A stretch of 63,215 nucleotides of DNA, counting the filler, from Octopus bimaculoides (lineage: Eukaryota), in NCBI RefSeq assembly GCF_001194135.2. It is 6 parts of 6 records of this genome, joined end to end, with 100 filler letters (N's around TTAATTAATTAA, not from the genome) between each part and the next. Parts side by side here need not be neighbours in the genome. Positions count along the whole stretch, not along the records: positions 1 to 20,429 come from NC_068983.1; positions 20,530 to 30,095 come from NC_068996.1; 4 more parts are not named here. One strand, written 5' to 3'. The notes beneath the pieces were generated by a model, which worked only from the letters and a program-made list of their open reading frames with translations, made no database searches and was not told the origin of the DNA. Shown here in pieces: positions 13,856 through 26,649 of this stretch. The translations under genes were made by a program, and so were the position numbers. How positions within the stretch are numbered: the stretch's first letter is position 1; the number at the start of each line of letters is the position of its first letter.

Positions 13856-16804
13856 ACTGGCAGCTCCGTACTTTCTCGGCTGTATTTTCAAAACAGTCCA
13901 TCTTCCAATGGGTCTTCTCAGACACTGCAACATTAAGTATATCGTCATTATTCTAATCTTTGTATTGCTAAGGAAGGCAATGTCCATGATAATTTACAGG
14001 GCCTCCGTTACTCGTAGAAGGAATAAGAAAAGGTATCCATAAACCAAAAAACACATCAGAGTACTTGAAACAGCTTGAACTCTACAGAAAGCACCCAAAG
14101 ACCAAAGACCAGATGGTCCTTGGTCTTTGGATGCTGTTGAACTGGGCCACTGGTTCAGTCCACCATCCAAGTAATCTATGACAGGATTTGAACACAGAAC
14201 AGCTGAACCTGAATAAATATTGCAAGGCATACGATCGGGTGAACTTACTATCCCGCCAAAGTACCGCCCTAGGTTAATATCTTTTTCATTGACCTCAAAG
14301 AGATTAAAGGTATTTGAAAATATTCCTCATGACTCTGGATTAATGCTGAATATATTATGAGGGTCTTGCGCATGTCCTTGCAGTGTTTGTACTGTCTATC
14401 GACTGAGTAGAATCATGATTACCGACGTTCCAAGCATGACCATCCATCACTTTGTTTGGATTGGTATCTTTTACTATATTATCTAATGTGCCAGCACTTT
14501 ACTAAGACCGTGAGATGTTACAAATTGAACAAGGTTTTGGCTGCTATTTCTATTGGGTCGATCAACTACTTACAGGATTCCACACTTATTACCGTTGTTT
14601 CTCTTCTTCTTTCTTTTTTTTCTAGTGTTTAGCTTCAAGTCAGCCCTGAGCAGGCTCTTTCTTAAAAGCGTTTTAATCGTGACCAGCCTGTCTTTTCAAA
14701 CAGTTGTAATTTAAACAGCATTGCTCAATATGCCCTTCCTCTTTTTTTTTATATATAGATGGCTAAATGTGATTTTGAGAGAGCTTTATCTGTTATGTTT
14801 AGCGTGTCAAATGCCGAGAAGTTACTTGGCAGAATCATCGGTACACTAGACAAAATTATTTTCCGTGTTCATTCCGGCTCTTTCTGTTCTAAGATCAGAT
14901 TCCTCCGAGGTCATTTTGATTTCATCCTTTTGCGGTCGATATAACAAACTACCAGTCATGTACCGAGCTCGATTTAATCCACTAATCCCTCCCATAAAAT
15001 ATCTGGCCTTTGTTAGAAGCAATTATTAAGGACTGTGGATTAACAGAATCATTAGCTCGTTGAATAAAATTTTGTGACGTTTTGACTCCAGCTCATTACG
15101 TTTTGAGTTTAAATCCTGTGAAAGTCAATCTTGCTTGTCACCCCTCTAGGAACGATAATATAAAGTACCAGCTAAGTAAAAGGATCGATCAAATTGACTA
15201 ACACCATTCTTTTTTACTTATGTTGAAAATAATATTCCTGCAAAGCATCCCAAGCCACGCAAGAAGTTTTCCCGTTGGCTCATTTCCAACTTTATGTCAA
15301 GAAATGACGAAGATGTTATCTTCGTAAAGTCATATGGTATCATAGCCTAAAGGTGGATATGCTCGGGTACTTTAGACAAAACAGGAAAGAGCTAAATAGA
15401 AATATTGGTGTCTCAGTGACTGAACAGACACCAAATATAAGTTCGACGAATGCCTCTCGTTCTTTACTGTATAACTGACGTATTTCTGTACTACGAAAGA
15501 AAGAAGTCTTCTTAGCTTTTTTCTTTTTTTTTTCTTTTACCTGGAGGCTCTGCATGAATCCATCTACGTGGATTCGCGTTCGATGCCACTGTGTACCATC
15601 TTGAGTTTTGTCTACAACCATGGCTTCGGAATCCCATTGCTTCNNNNNNNNNNNNNNNNNNNNNNNNNNNNNNNNNNTGTACAAAAGAAGAGAAAAGTGT
15701 GCTGATTGTGACTTCGAAGTTTCACTTATCAGACTTATCGAAAACTGTTTATTTAACTGTTTTATGAACCACTTCAAGGAGATTTCTAAATCAATGCCAA
15801 TTTGTTTTATACATGCATACATACATACATACATACACACATGCATACATACATACACACATACATACATACATACATACATACATACATACATACATAC
15901 AGCAGTAACTTTTAATTTTTAATATTTGATTTATATTTCAAACAAACACCTTTTATAATATTACTTCATATTTTTTTTTAAATACCATTTGATAAATTAT
16001 ACAAATTCTAAACTTTGTATCTCTTAAGAGCAGAAGAGTTATCTATAAATGCTTATCAATATAGGATTCCATTATTAGGACAGCTCTTTTGTGAAACGAT
16101 CGTAAGATAATTTTAAAACTTAATTCAAAATTTATAAACTGACATATTTATTATTATTATATTATATATTTATACTTATACATATTTACATATATGTTTA
16201 CATATAGTTTTAATACAACAATTACTCTACACATGTATATATCCTTCCGATGAATTTTCCAATACTGATTTCATGATATTAATAATAATATATCATAAAA
16301 TATACATAGACACATACATACATTACAATAAGCTCTATATTTGATAGACTAACTTGCATGCTAGAGTTGACAATACCCGACGTATCAAGTTGCAGTATAA
16401 AAATCGACGAGGAATTAAGTCTATCAGTTATGTATGCCATGGTGAGATTTGAACTTAGAACGCAAAGAAGTGGAATTAATACTACTTGGCATTCTGTCTG
16501 GCATTCATACTGTTCCGTTAATCCACAAACCAAATTGGTACAAAGACTGACTATCCGTTAAAATCGTGAATATCATTTCCAGGCCACACCTCATGAATCA
16601 TATCAGTGGTTGGTTTTATGTTTCCAGCGTGTCAGCCATAGATTTAATGTCGTTACGATGGTAACGTGACAAAAGAGTTTCTGTGAAACTTTGGCAGAAC
16701 AAATACAAGAGATTTCTTTCAGAAAAACACCCGCATCGGAATTCTCGTTCATGCCTACATTCGAGTGTTTTTAACGCTTTAGTATTCAGATTACTCTATC
16801 AGAT

Positions 16805-17144
16805 TATTTACATTATTTACATTTCACGAATATTTGTCCTCATCTTGTTTGTTATCAACACAACGTTTCGGCTGATGTACTCTCCAGCCTTCATCAGGTG
16901 TCCTGGGGGAAATTCGAACCTGTGTTCTCATTTCTAAAGTATTTTCCCGATGTTGTTGTTGTTATTATTATTATTATTGTTATTATTATTATTATTATTA
17001 TTATTCATATCACTGCCTGGAATGGAACTCGGAATTTTGGNNNNNNNNNNNNNNNNNNNNNNNNNNNNNNNNNNNNNNNNNNNNNNNNNNNNNNNNNNNN
17101 NNNNNNNNNNNNNNNNNNNNNNNNNNNNCGCTACGCCATATGCC
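16805..17144 (-). mobile_element. Composite retroelement: tRNA-like head + (AAT)n + hammerhead module + (TGTAAATAA) tail
   Basis: Head fragments at 17129-17144 and 17003-17040 (split by an N gap), (TAT)n ~16960-17003, HHR 16857-16902, tail ATTTACATTATTTACATT at ~16806-16823. Confidence 0.6.
16857..16902 (-). ncRNA. Minimal type I hammerhead ribozyme motif (Penelope-type), intact core
   Basis: Minus strand reads GACAC-CUGAUGA-A-GGCUG-(10 nt loop)-CAGCC-GAAA-CGUU-GUGUU: stem I GACAC/GUGUU, stem II GGCUG/CAGCC, palindromic ACGU stem III, GUU cleavage triplet. Confidence 0.75.
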
Positions 17145-17216
17145 CGTGCACGTGGGGTAGTGGTTAAGAGCGCGGCTACTAACTCCAAGATTCCGAGTTC
17201 CATTCCAGGCAGTGAT

Positions 17217-17248
<32 letters not shown>
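17145..17248 (+). mobile_element. tRNA-like SINE head + (AAT)n, head-to-head with the preceding element
   Basis: A-box-like GGGGTAGTGG, B-box-like GAGTTCCATTCC; 17185-17221 is a near-perfect inverted repeat of 17003-17040. Confidence 0.6.
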
Positions 17249-17252
17249 CGAC

Positions 17253-17458
17253 GATTTTAAATTTTGCCACAAGGCCAGCAATTTCGGTGGATAGTGGATT
17301 ATATTGACCCCCGTTTCTAACTGGTACTTATTTCATCAACCCCGAAATGATGAAAGGTAACGTCGACCCCGGCAGAATTTGAACTAAGAACATAAAGACG
17401 GACAAAATGCTGCTAAGCGTTTCGTCCGGCGTGCTAACGATTCTGCCAGCTCTCCGCT
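17253..17458 (-). mobile_element. SINE family C
   Basis: Reverse-complement match to the 9273 unit. Confidence 0.75.
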
Positions 17459-17465
17459 TTAATAA

Positions 17466-17892
17466 TACTCTTTTACTCTTTTACTCTTTGACTTGTTTCA
17501 GTCATTTGACTGCGGCCATGCTGGAGTACCACCTTCTTTAGTCGAGCAAATCGACCCCAGGACCTATTCTTTGTAAGCCTAGTACTTATTCTATCGGTCA
17601 TTTTTGCCGAACCGCTAAGTTATAGGGACATAAACACACCACCATCGGTTGTCAAGCGATGTTGGGGGGACAAACACAGACACACAAACATATACAAGCA
17701 CATACGTATATATATATATACACATATACGACGGGCTTCTTTCAGTTTCCGTCTACCAAATCCACTCACAAGGCTTTGGTCAGCCCGAGGCTATAGTAGA
17801 AGACACTTGCCCAAGGTGCCACGCAGTTGGGACTGAACCCGGAACCATGTGGTTGGCAAGTATGCTACTTACCACAGAGCCACTCCTGCGCC
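17466..17892 (-). mobile_element. SINE family A
   Basis: Multi-copy match within the window. Confidence 0.85.
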
Positions 17893-17941
<49 letters not shown>

Positions 17942-18265
17942 TATTATTATTATTATTATTATTATTAATATTAAAGATAAAGTATTTGAAAGCCATAGAT
18001 TATCTTTTGAATCTTTCATCTCAAACAATTTCTATCCATTTCATCTAATTACTCCAAAATATAGAAGCTATTTCCCGTTAACATTATTAATGGAAATATC
18101 TCCAACATAATTACCATCTAAATAACCCTATAACTCTATAATATTATGAATTTTTAAATTTGCTTGGTATCAACTAATATGGTGAGCCAACAAGGGACCA
18201 TTTCTATTCGTGGTCGTTTGACCTGCTAGAAACAGCAAACAAATCTCTCTGAAATTACGCACTAT

Positions 18266-18651
18266 CAGGAGTGGCTGTGTGGTAAGTAGCTCATTTACCG
18301 ACTACATGGTTCCGGGTTCAGTCCCACTGCATGGCCCCTTGGGCGAGTGTTTTCAACTATAGCCTCGGCCCGACCAATGCCTTGTGAGTGGATTTGGTAG
18401 ACGGAAACTGAAAGAAGCCCGTCGTATATATGTATATATAGATATATGTATGTGTGTGTATATGTTTGTGTGTCTGTGTTTGTCCCCCCCCCATAATCGC
18501 TTGACAACCGATGGTGGTGTGTTTACGTTCCCGTAACTTAGCGGTTCGGCAAAAGAGAACTGATCGAATAAGTACTAGGCTTACAAAGAATAAGTCCTGG
18601 GGGTCGATTTGCATGACTAAAGGCGGTGCTCCAGCATGGCCGCAGTCAAAT
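18266..18651 (+). mobile_element. SINE family A (3' end in gap)
   Basis: Multi-copy match within the window. Confidence 0.85.
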
Positions 18652-19187
18652 NNNNNNNNNNNNNNNNNNNNNNNNNNNNNNNNNNNNNNNNNNNNNNNNN
18701 NNNNNNNNNNNNNNNNNNNNNNNNNNNNNNNNNNNNNNNNNNNNNNNNNNNNNNNNNNNNNNNNNNNNNNNNNNNNNNNNNNNNNNNNNNNNNNNNNNNN
18801 NNNNNNNNNNNNNNNNNNNNNNNNNNNNNNNNNNNNNNNNNNNNNNNNNNNNNNNNNNNNNNNNNNNNNNNNNNNNNNNNNNNNNNNNNNNNNNNNNNNN
18901 NNNNNNNNNNNNNNNNNNNNNNNNNNNNNNNNNNNNNNNNNNNNNNNNNNNNNNNNNNNNNNNNNNNNNNNNNNNNNNGAGAGAAAGGAAGTCGACTAAA
19001 TCATCCTGAGAACTTCACTAGTCATACGGACCGCGAAAGGGTTAAAAGGCGACGTTTGACTTCAGCAGGATTAAAACTCAAAATGTAAAGAATTGCGACG
19101 AATATAATAAAGCATTTAGTTCCATGCTTTAACAACAACGATTTTTAATTCAGGCAGTGGTATGGCTAGTGTGTACCTCTCGGGACG

Positions 19188-19567
19188 TGGCGGCGCAGTA
19201 GCCCAGTGGTTAGGGCAGTGGATTCGCGGTCTAGGATCGCGGTTTCGATTCCCAGACCGGGCGTTGTGAGTGTTTATTGAGCGAAAACGCCTAAAGCTCC
19301 ACAAGGTTCCAGCTGGGGATGGTGGCGAACCCTGCTGTACTCTTTTACCACAACTTTCTCTCACTCTTACTTCCTGTTTCTGTTCTGCCTGTAATTCAAA
19401 GGGCCAGCCTTGTCATACTCTGTGTCACGCTGAATATCCCCGAGAACTACGTTAAGAGTACACGTGTCTGTGGAGTGTTCAGCCACTTGCACGTTAATTT
19501 CACGAGCAGGCGGTTTCGTTGATCGGATCAACTGGAACCCTTGTCATCGTAAGCGACGGAGTGCCAT
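19188..19567 (+). mobile_element. SINE family B with ~10-bp TSD
   Basis: ACCTCTCGGG at 19175-19184 and 19572-19581. Confidence 0.85.
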
Positions 19568-19799
19568 TTTAACCTCTCGGGGCAGCCACTGAGTTTTCTC
19601 CCCACCCCATACAAGCTTATATAGCATACCCAAAAGCGCTGCTCCCATAAAAGCCTTCCTTCTCTTACTCTCCTCTGCTTACCTTATTGGAAGCGTATTA
19701 CCAAACCATACTCACTAGCAAGTGACAGCGAGTTGTACTGTACTTAAATTTTTAACCCGTTAGAAAGAGATGAAATATGTTATTATTGTATGCTTACAT

Positions 19800-20232
19800 A
19801 ATCTTTTCTACTCTAGGCACAAGGCCCGAAATTTTTGGGGAGGGGGCCAGTCAATTATATCCACCCCAGTACGCGACTGGTACTTAATTTATCGAACCCG
19901 AAAGGATGAAAAGCAAAGTCGACCTCGACGGAATTTGAACTCAGACTGTAAAGACAGACGAAATACCGCTAAGCATTTCACCCGGCGTGCTAACGCTTCT
20001 TAATTCTTTATTATCCACAAGGGGCTAAAGAAAGAGGGAACAAACAAGGACAGACAAAGGGATTAAGTCGATTACATCGACCCCAGTGTGTAACTGGTAC
20101 TTAATTTATCGACTCCGAAAGGATGAAAGGCAAAGTAGTCCTCGGCGGAATTTGAACTCAGAACGTAACGGTAGACGAAATACCGCTAAGCATTTCACCC
20201 GGCGGGGTAACGCTTCCGCGAACTCGCCGCCT
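19800..20232 (-). mobile_element. Two consecutive SINE family C copies
   Basis: Units at ~19800-19998 and ~20000-20232. Confidence 0.75.
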
Positions 20233-20429
20233 TCGTATGCTTACATAATGAGGGTGTTGCGTTTTATCAAATTTAAAATATCCATTTCACCATTTTAGAA
20301 TTAATTCAGTTGTCTTAGGCTTTCATCAAACTAAATGATGCAATTACAGCGATTAACCAACCCATTTTTGAGAAGAAAAGAAACGGCAATCATCTTATCA
20401 TTAAGCCTGTTTTTATTATGCAGAAACTA

Positions 20430-20529
20430 NNNNNNNNNNNNNNNNNNNNNNNNNNNNNNNNNNNNNNNNNNNNTTAATTAATTAANNNNNNNNNNNNNNN
20501 NNNNNNNNNNNNNNNNNNNNNNNNNNNNN
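20430..20529. other. Assembly gap placeholder: 44 N + TTAATTAATTAA + 44 N (also at 30140, 37181, 58733, 61271)
   Basis: The identical 12-mer, with stops in all six frames, is centred in a 100-nt N block five times. Confidence 0.9.
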
Positions 20530-20700
20530 TCCATCTCGATTTCCTTCGTCTAATCTGAACATGTATGGGCTCCTGGTTGGCCCTTTCCCACAGATCGGTG
20601 TTTGGCATTCTGTCGAACCACTTCAGATGGAGGATCTGCCGGAGAATTTGTTGATGAAGGTCTGGATCTTCTTGTAGTTGCTGCAGGTGGCACCCCATGT
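20530..20700 (-). mobile_element. RTE-type LINE fragment
   Basis: QILHLKWFDRMPNTDLWERANQEPIHVQIRRRK resembles RTE-type ORF2 downstream of the RT. Confidence 0.65.
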
Positions 20701-21787
20701 CTCAGAGCCACACAAAAACACAGATTTTACGTTTGAGCTAAAAAAAAGCTAAATAATATACTGTTTACTAATTTCCAGCCTGTTGTTAATTTGGAGCCCT
20801 AGTCTGTCTATGAGGATAGCTTCCTTAATTCTAAGATTTCCCAAATTTCTGTCATTGGCCTCAGTTGTGACTGTTATGCTTTTATTATTTTATTCTTTTA
20901 CTTGTTTCAGCAATTTGACTGCAGCTATGCTGGAGCACTACCTTAAAGGGTTTTAGACCTGTAGAATATGATCTATTCACCAAACTACTACCCAACTATT
21001 TCCTCCAACAATGGTAGTGGTGGTGATGGTGATAATGATAAAAAATAGATAATATGCTGCAGCTGCTAATACTAAATACTACTAATATTACAATAATACT
21101 ACAACTGCTACTATTATGATAGTACAGGAATCTGAGGCCCAACTACCACCCTTACCACTACCTCCATCTCTACTACTGTTGCTGTTGCTGCAACCTCTGC
21201 TGCTACTACACATAAAAACAATAATATCAGTGATATCAGTGATGATGNNNNNNNNNNNNNNNNNNNNNNNNNNNNNNNNNNNNNNNNNNNNNNNNNNNNN
21301 NNNNNNNNNNNNNNNNNNNNNNNNNNNNNNNNNNNNNNNNNNNNNNNNNNNNNNNNNNNNNNNNNNNNNNNNNNNNNNNNNNNNNNNNNNNNNNNNNNNN
21401 NNNNNNNNNNNNNNNNNNNNNNNNNNNNNNNNNNNNNNNNNNNNNNNNNNNNNNNNNNNNNNNNNNNNNNNNNNNNNNNNNNNNNNNNNNNNNNNNNNNN
21501 NNNNNNNNNNNNNNNNNNNNNNNNNNNNNNNNNNNNNNNNNNNNNNNNNNNNNNNNNNNNNNNNNNNNNNNNNNNNNNNNNNNNNNNNNNNNNNNNNNNN
21601 NNNNNNNNNNNNNNNNNNNNNNNNNNNNNNNNNNNNNNNNNNNNNNNNNNNNNNNNNNNNNNNNNNNNNNNNNNNNNNNNNNNNNNNNNNNNNNNNNNNN
21701 NNNNNNNNNNNNNNNNNNNNNNNNNNNNNNNNNNNNNNNNNNNNNNNNNNNNNNNNNNNNNNNNNNNNNNNNNNNNNNNNNNNNNNN

Positions 21788-21843
<56 letters not shown>

Positions 21844-21844
21844 G

Positions 21845-24650
21845 GAAAGGAAACGGGTGGAGCCTCTTCATGAGCTGATTAATGATACATCTAGTGATGG
21901 TGTTACAATAAAAACACTGGTAATTGTGCAACCTGATAATCGCTAGCTCATATGAGTGACAATGAAGAAACAAAATATTGTGAATAACGGTGGTAATGAA
22001 ACTGGAGCCAATGCTCAGAGATTCTGGTCCGGCTCCAGCCTCTCGATATCCAGAAAGGAACCACCACTCATGGCGTAGATGGAGCAAACAAATTAATGCT
22101 GTGGTCATGGAGTGTTACTACCTGAGCAGCCCGGTTGATGAAAATGGTGCTCAAATTAGGGGTTACCGACAACGTATGTATGATCATTGGAGAGAAAAGG
22201 GGTTGTTTCAACTCACGGAACAGAAACTATGTAATCAAGCTAGAGCAATAAGAAAGAATTGTTGGTTCACAGAAGTAGAGCCCGAAGCTATCAAAAGACG
22301 GATCATGGAAAATAGCAGCAGAGATAACAATGAAAATACAGTTCTTGGTAATAAGAGTAATCTCATAGCACAGAAAGGAGCATTGGTAGTTTACTTGATG
22401 AGAGACATATAGATGATCTAAAAGAAGACAATAAAACTAATGGCGACATGACAGATGAAGGAAAGGCAATCTACGACAGAATAAAGGTAAAACTACAGGA
22501 GAACGATAGCGACATTATTTGTAACCTTAAAAAGGTTGCTCGATGGAAAGTGAACCAATAAAAGAAAAATGTCAATGAAATTCTGAAATACATCAGAACA
22601 AACAACATCACAGAAACAAATAATTTGATCAAGGCAGCAAGTATTCTTGTAGCAGAAAACATAGGTGTTGATGTCAAGAAAAAGAAACATAATGGGAGTG
22701 ACAAAAGAAAAGATCCATGATGGAAAAGAAGAATCCAGGCAGGGTTAGACATGCTCTCAAAGGAAATCTCTGTGTTAGACAGAAAAGAGAAAGGAGAGCT
22801 TAAAAGCGAACAAAAATACAGGGCGCTGAAAAGGAAGTATAATATTGAAAGAAAGGGCCTGAAAGTGGAGGAACTGAAACAGTGCCTCGTTGCAAAGATG
22901 GTAAGATACGACGAAAGAATGAAGGATTACCACCAGAATAGATTATTCAGAGTAGATCACAGAGATTCTATAAAGAAATAAATGGAGTGTACAGATGAAT
23001 GGAGAAATAAATGGAGAGTGTACAGATACCAGATAACATCGAAAGTCAAAGGTTTTGGAGTGACATCTGGAGCAAAAACAAGGAGTACAAGAAGGATGAT
23101 GAATGGTTCCAAGAACTGAAAAAAACAGTAGTCTGTCCAAAACAGGCAGAACTAGTCATTTCAGTTAGGGAAGTGAAGGAAATCAGCAAAAGAATGAGCA
23201 ACTGGAAGGCCCCGGGACCAGATGGAGTTCAAGGATCAAAAGATTTGAGGAATGTCATGCGCGAATAGTTGCGCAACTCAATACCTTGTTAAATGCCGAT
23301 CAAGTAACACCAGAGTGGTTGACATTGGGTATGACAGTGCTGTGCCTGAAACATCGAAAAAGGCAATACAGGCCAATATTCTGTTTGCCACTTATGTGGA
23401 AGTTATTCACTGGAATACTCGCAGAGTCAATGTATGAACATCTGGGGGAAAAATGGAGTCCTGCCACATGAGCAGAAGGGTTGCAAGCGTAAGTGCAGAG
23501 GTACCAAGGATCAACTTCTGATAGACAAAACTGTACTTAGAGACTGCAAGAGGAGGAAAAGTAACTTAGCCATGTCATGGATCGGCTATCGTAAGGCGTA
23601 GATATGATCCCACATTCTTGGATTATGGAATGTATGAACCTATTTGGTATTGCATCGAATGTTGAGCAATTGCTTGGAAAAAGTATGGCAAATTGGAGGA
23701 TGGACCTGACAGCATACAGAAGAAGTTTAGAGACAGTAAAAAAAAAAAGCTGGGTATGTATTCAAAAGCCGCCAACAAAAAGTCAACAATTTGTTATTCA
23801 TGAATGACCTGAAACTTTATGGTAAATATGAAGCCCAAGTCAGTTCTCTCGTTGATGCAGTGTATACTTTCAGTGCTTATATCAGAATGGAGTTCGGACT
23901 GAGAGAAGTGTGGTGTGTTAGTCTTGAAGAGAGGCAAAATCAAATGTTACCATCAGGGGAGGTTATGAAGCAGATAGAAGAGACGGGATATAAGTACTTG
24001 GGGATTTTGGAAATGGATAAATTGATGGAGAAAGAAATGACAGAAAAATTTAAGGTGGAGTACTTGCACAGACTGGGACTGATCGTTAAGTCGAAATTAA
24101 ACGGACGGAATAAGATCGAAGCTATCAACACCTGGGCGGTTTCACTCCTTAGATATGGAGCAGGGTAATCGCATGGACAGTAGACGAACTAAACAGCTTA
24201 GACAGAAAGACAAGGAAGTTGCTAACTAGATATGAGTCACTCCACACAAAAAGTGACACAGACAGACTGTATGTACCTAGAAAAACAGGGGGAAGAGGAC
24301 TTATTGGATGCAAACACAGCATTAGAGCAAAAGAAAACAACATAGTATGGTATGTAAAAAATGTCACAGAACCGCTATTATTAGAAGTAAGAAGGTCAGG
24401 CTTGTGTAGAATGTAAGATTGCAAAGATAAAGCACTATACAAGAAATTGAAAACGAATGAAACTGAAAATAGGTGGGTAAAGAAAAGAATGCATGGACAA
24501 TCTCATAGGGATGTTGAAGACAGAGAGATAAAAAAGATGGCTGTGGATGACTAAAAGTGATTTAAAACCGGAAACGGAGGCTCTAATCTGTGCTGCCCAA
24601 CAGCAAGCACTAAGAACAAACTACATAAAATACGGAATACTCCGGATGGT
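21845..24650 (+). mobile_element. Degenerate Dong/R4-clade non-LTR retrotransposon (RT), 3' truncated
   Basis: Frameshifted segments [108 protein letters not shown]. Preceded directly by (AAT)n at 21788-21843. Confidence 0.8.
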
Positions 24651-24689
24651 ACTCGAAAAATAAGGTATGTTACCTTAGTTCACTGGTAG

Positions 24690-25330
24690 TGAACAGCTGT
24701 CACTGTAGTACATCTCCAGCGTTAGAAGCTCTGCAAAGGCAATAACAATAATAAATGCCTTCATGCAGTACCTGGTAGTGGCTCTCATCTTTACTGATTG
24801 GAAGTGTTATCATGTACATTGTTTTGTCTTCGTATAAAAGATGGTCTACAGCAAATATTCTACTCAGTACTACACATTTGCTTGTCAGTTATTTGATCTT
24901 AACCAGTTGAGCATTTCCTTTAGTAGCTGACAATATGTGCATCTCTAATCACGAGCAGAAGTAGTGTGGAGCATCATACATAGCCATGTGTTGAAAGGAA
25001 TTCTTTGGGGTTTGAATAATTCACCTTTGGAAACATGGGTGTTTTGCTCAACATCCTTAAACAACCTTTATTCAGGGACTTTTTGAGTGGGATGGGCTAC
25101 TCGACCTGAAGAAAATTCTAACTGGGCCCCACCTGCAAAGTCATGCGCCGTTTATCTTGATATGAGATCACCATGTCGTGCACATATGGTTATGATGCAT
25201 GTGTCTGGTGCACCCTTATCAGACGGGTAGTCATGATGGGTATAATAGGCTTTGTATATTTTACCCCAGTGTCACTTTGATGGCATGCACTGCTTTCTCA
25301 CTCAATCATAATAATAATAATAATAATAAT
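24690..25330 (+). repeat. Unclassified interspersed repeat ending in (AAT)n/(AAC)n
   Basis: Follows the Dong truncation point and ends ...CTCACTCAATC(ATA)n; recognised from memory as a recurring octopus repeat, not verifiable in this window. Confidence 0.4.
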
Positions 25331-26465
25331 AACAACAACAACAACAGCAACAACAACGACGTCGACAACAACAACAACAACAACAAAAATAATAAAAATA
25401 ACAACAACAACAACAATAATAATAACAATAACAAAAACAACAACAATTCTAGGATGGAATTTATAAATATTTAATACATTGCTTACATATGTTTCCACAA
25501 GTCACATGATTTTGACATCGGAGTCACTATCATTAGAATTAGCACAGTATATTCTGAATTATCCGTGGGCATCTGGATAGTACTATGATGATTCAGTTAA
25601 ATATTTCAATTCATTAGTGTCATCATATGTCTGGTTTACATGTTCATGTTTAAGGTTTTATTGATTATTTTCAGCATCTAACAGAAATACAACTTCCGGG
25701 ATAAACTTAAACTCCAGTAACAGCATTTATTTATGGCATATGTACACACTTCTACAAAAATACAAAAGGAATTGTTATATAACGTAAACATTAAATTGAT
25801 GGAAACAATTTTCACAGTATCATATATTCCCATTTCAGGGTTATGTTATTTTCGTAGTATTTTCCCATTATGCACCGTTTTGACTATTTATGAAGGTATA
25901 AAAAAAAACCGCGTATCTCGGGAATCCGTGGTCCGATTTACGAAAAATTTGTTTTATTCCGTTTGTATTCACACTTCAGGGATTCCTTACTTTCAGAGTA
26001 TCTTCCCATTACGCGCCGGTTTGGGTGTATTAAATTAGACAAGCACACACGCAAGCAAGTTCACAAGCAAGCACGCAAGCAAGCAATCACAAAGTTTTAG
26101 TAGTGTAGGTAGATAGATAGATAGATACATACATACATACATACATACATACATACATACATACATACATACATACATACNNNNNNNNNNNNNNNNNNNN
26201 NNNNNNNNNNNNNNNNNNNNNNNNNNNNNNNNNNNNNNNNNNNNNNNNNNNNNNNNNNNNNNNNNNNNNNNNNNNNNNNNNNNNNNNNNNNNNNNNNNNN
26301 NNNNNNNNNNNNNNNNNNNNNNNNNNNNNNNNNNNNNNNNNNNNNNNNNNNNNNNNNNNNNNNNNNNNNNNNNNNNNNNNNNNNNNNNNNNNNNNNNNNN
26401 NNNNNNNNNNNNNNNNNNNNNNNNNNNNNNNNNNNNNNNNNNNNNNNNNNNNNNNNNNNNNNNNN

Positions 26466-26505
<40 letters not shown>

Positions 26506-26649
26506 CAAATATATATGTGTAGATTATTTGTTATGTACGTATGTATATGGAATATCTTTTCCACAGGCTGAAGCCGTAGCAGATACTACTAACATTGCAC
26601 AGTGATCACTCATTTTAGCTCTATCCAAAGCCACTGCCAAATCAGCTGA

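Noticed and set aside
14759-14840. Possible exon after a strong polypyrimidine tract (MAKCDFERALSVMF...)
   Set aside because: Isolated, with a weak donor, no partner exons and no recognisable product.
20474-20485. TTAATTAATTAA islands inside N runs (five times)
   Set aside because: Fixed 44N+12+44N format with stops in all frames: an assembly placeholder, not biology.
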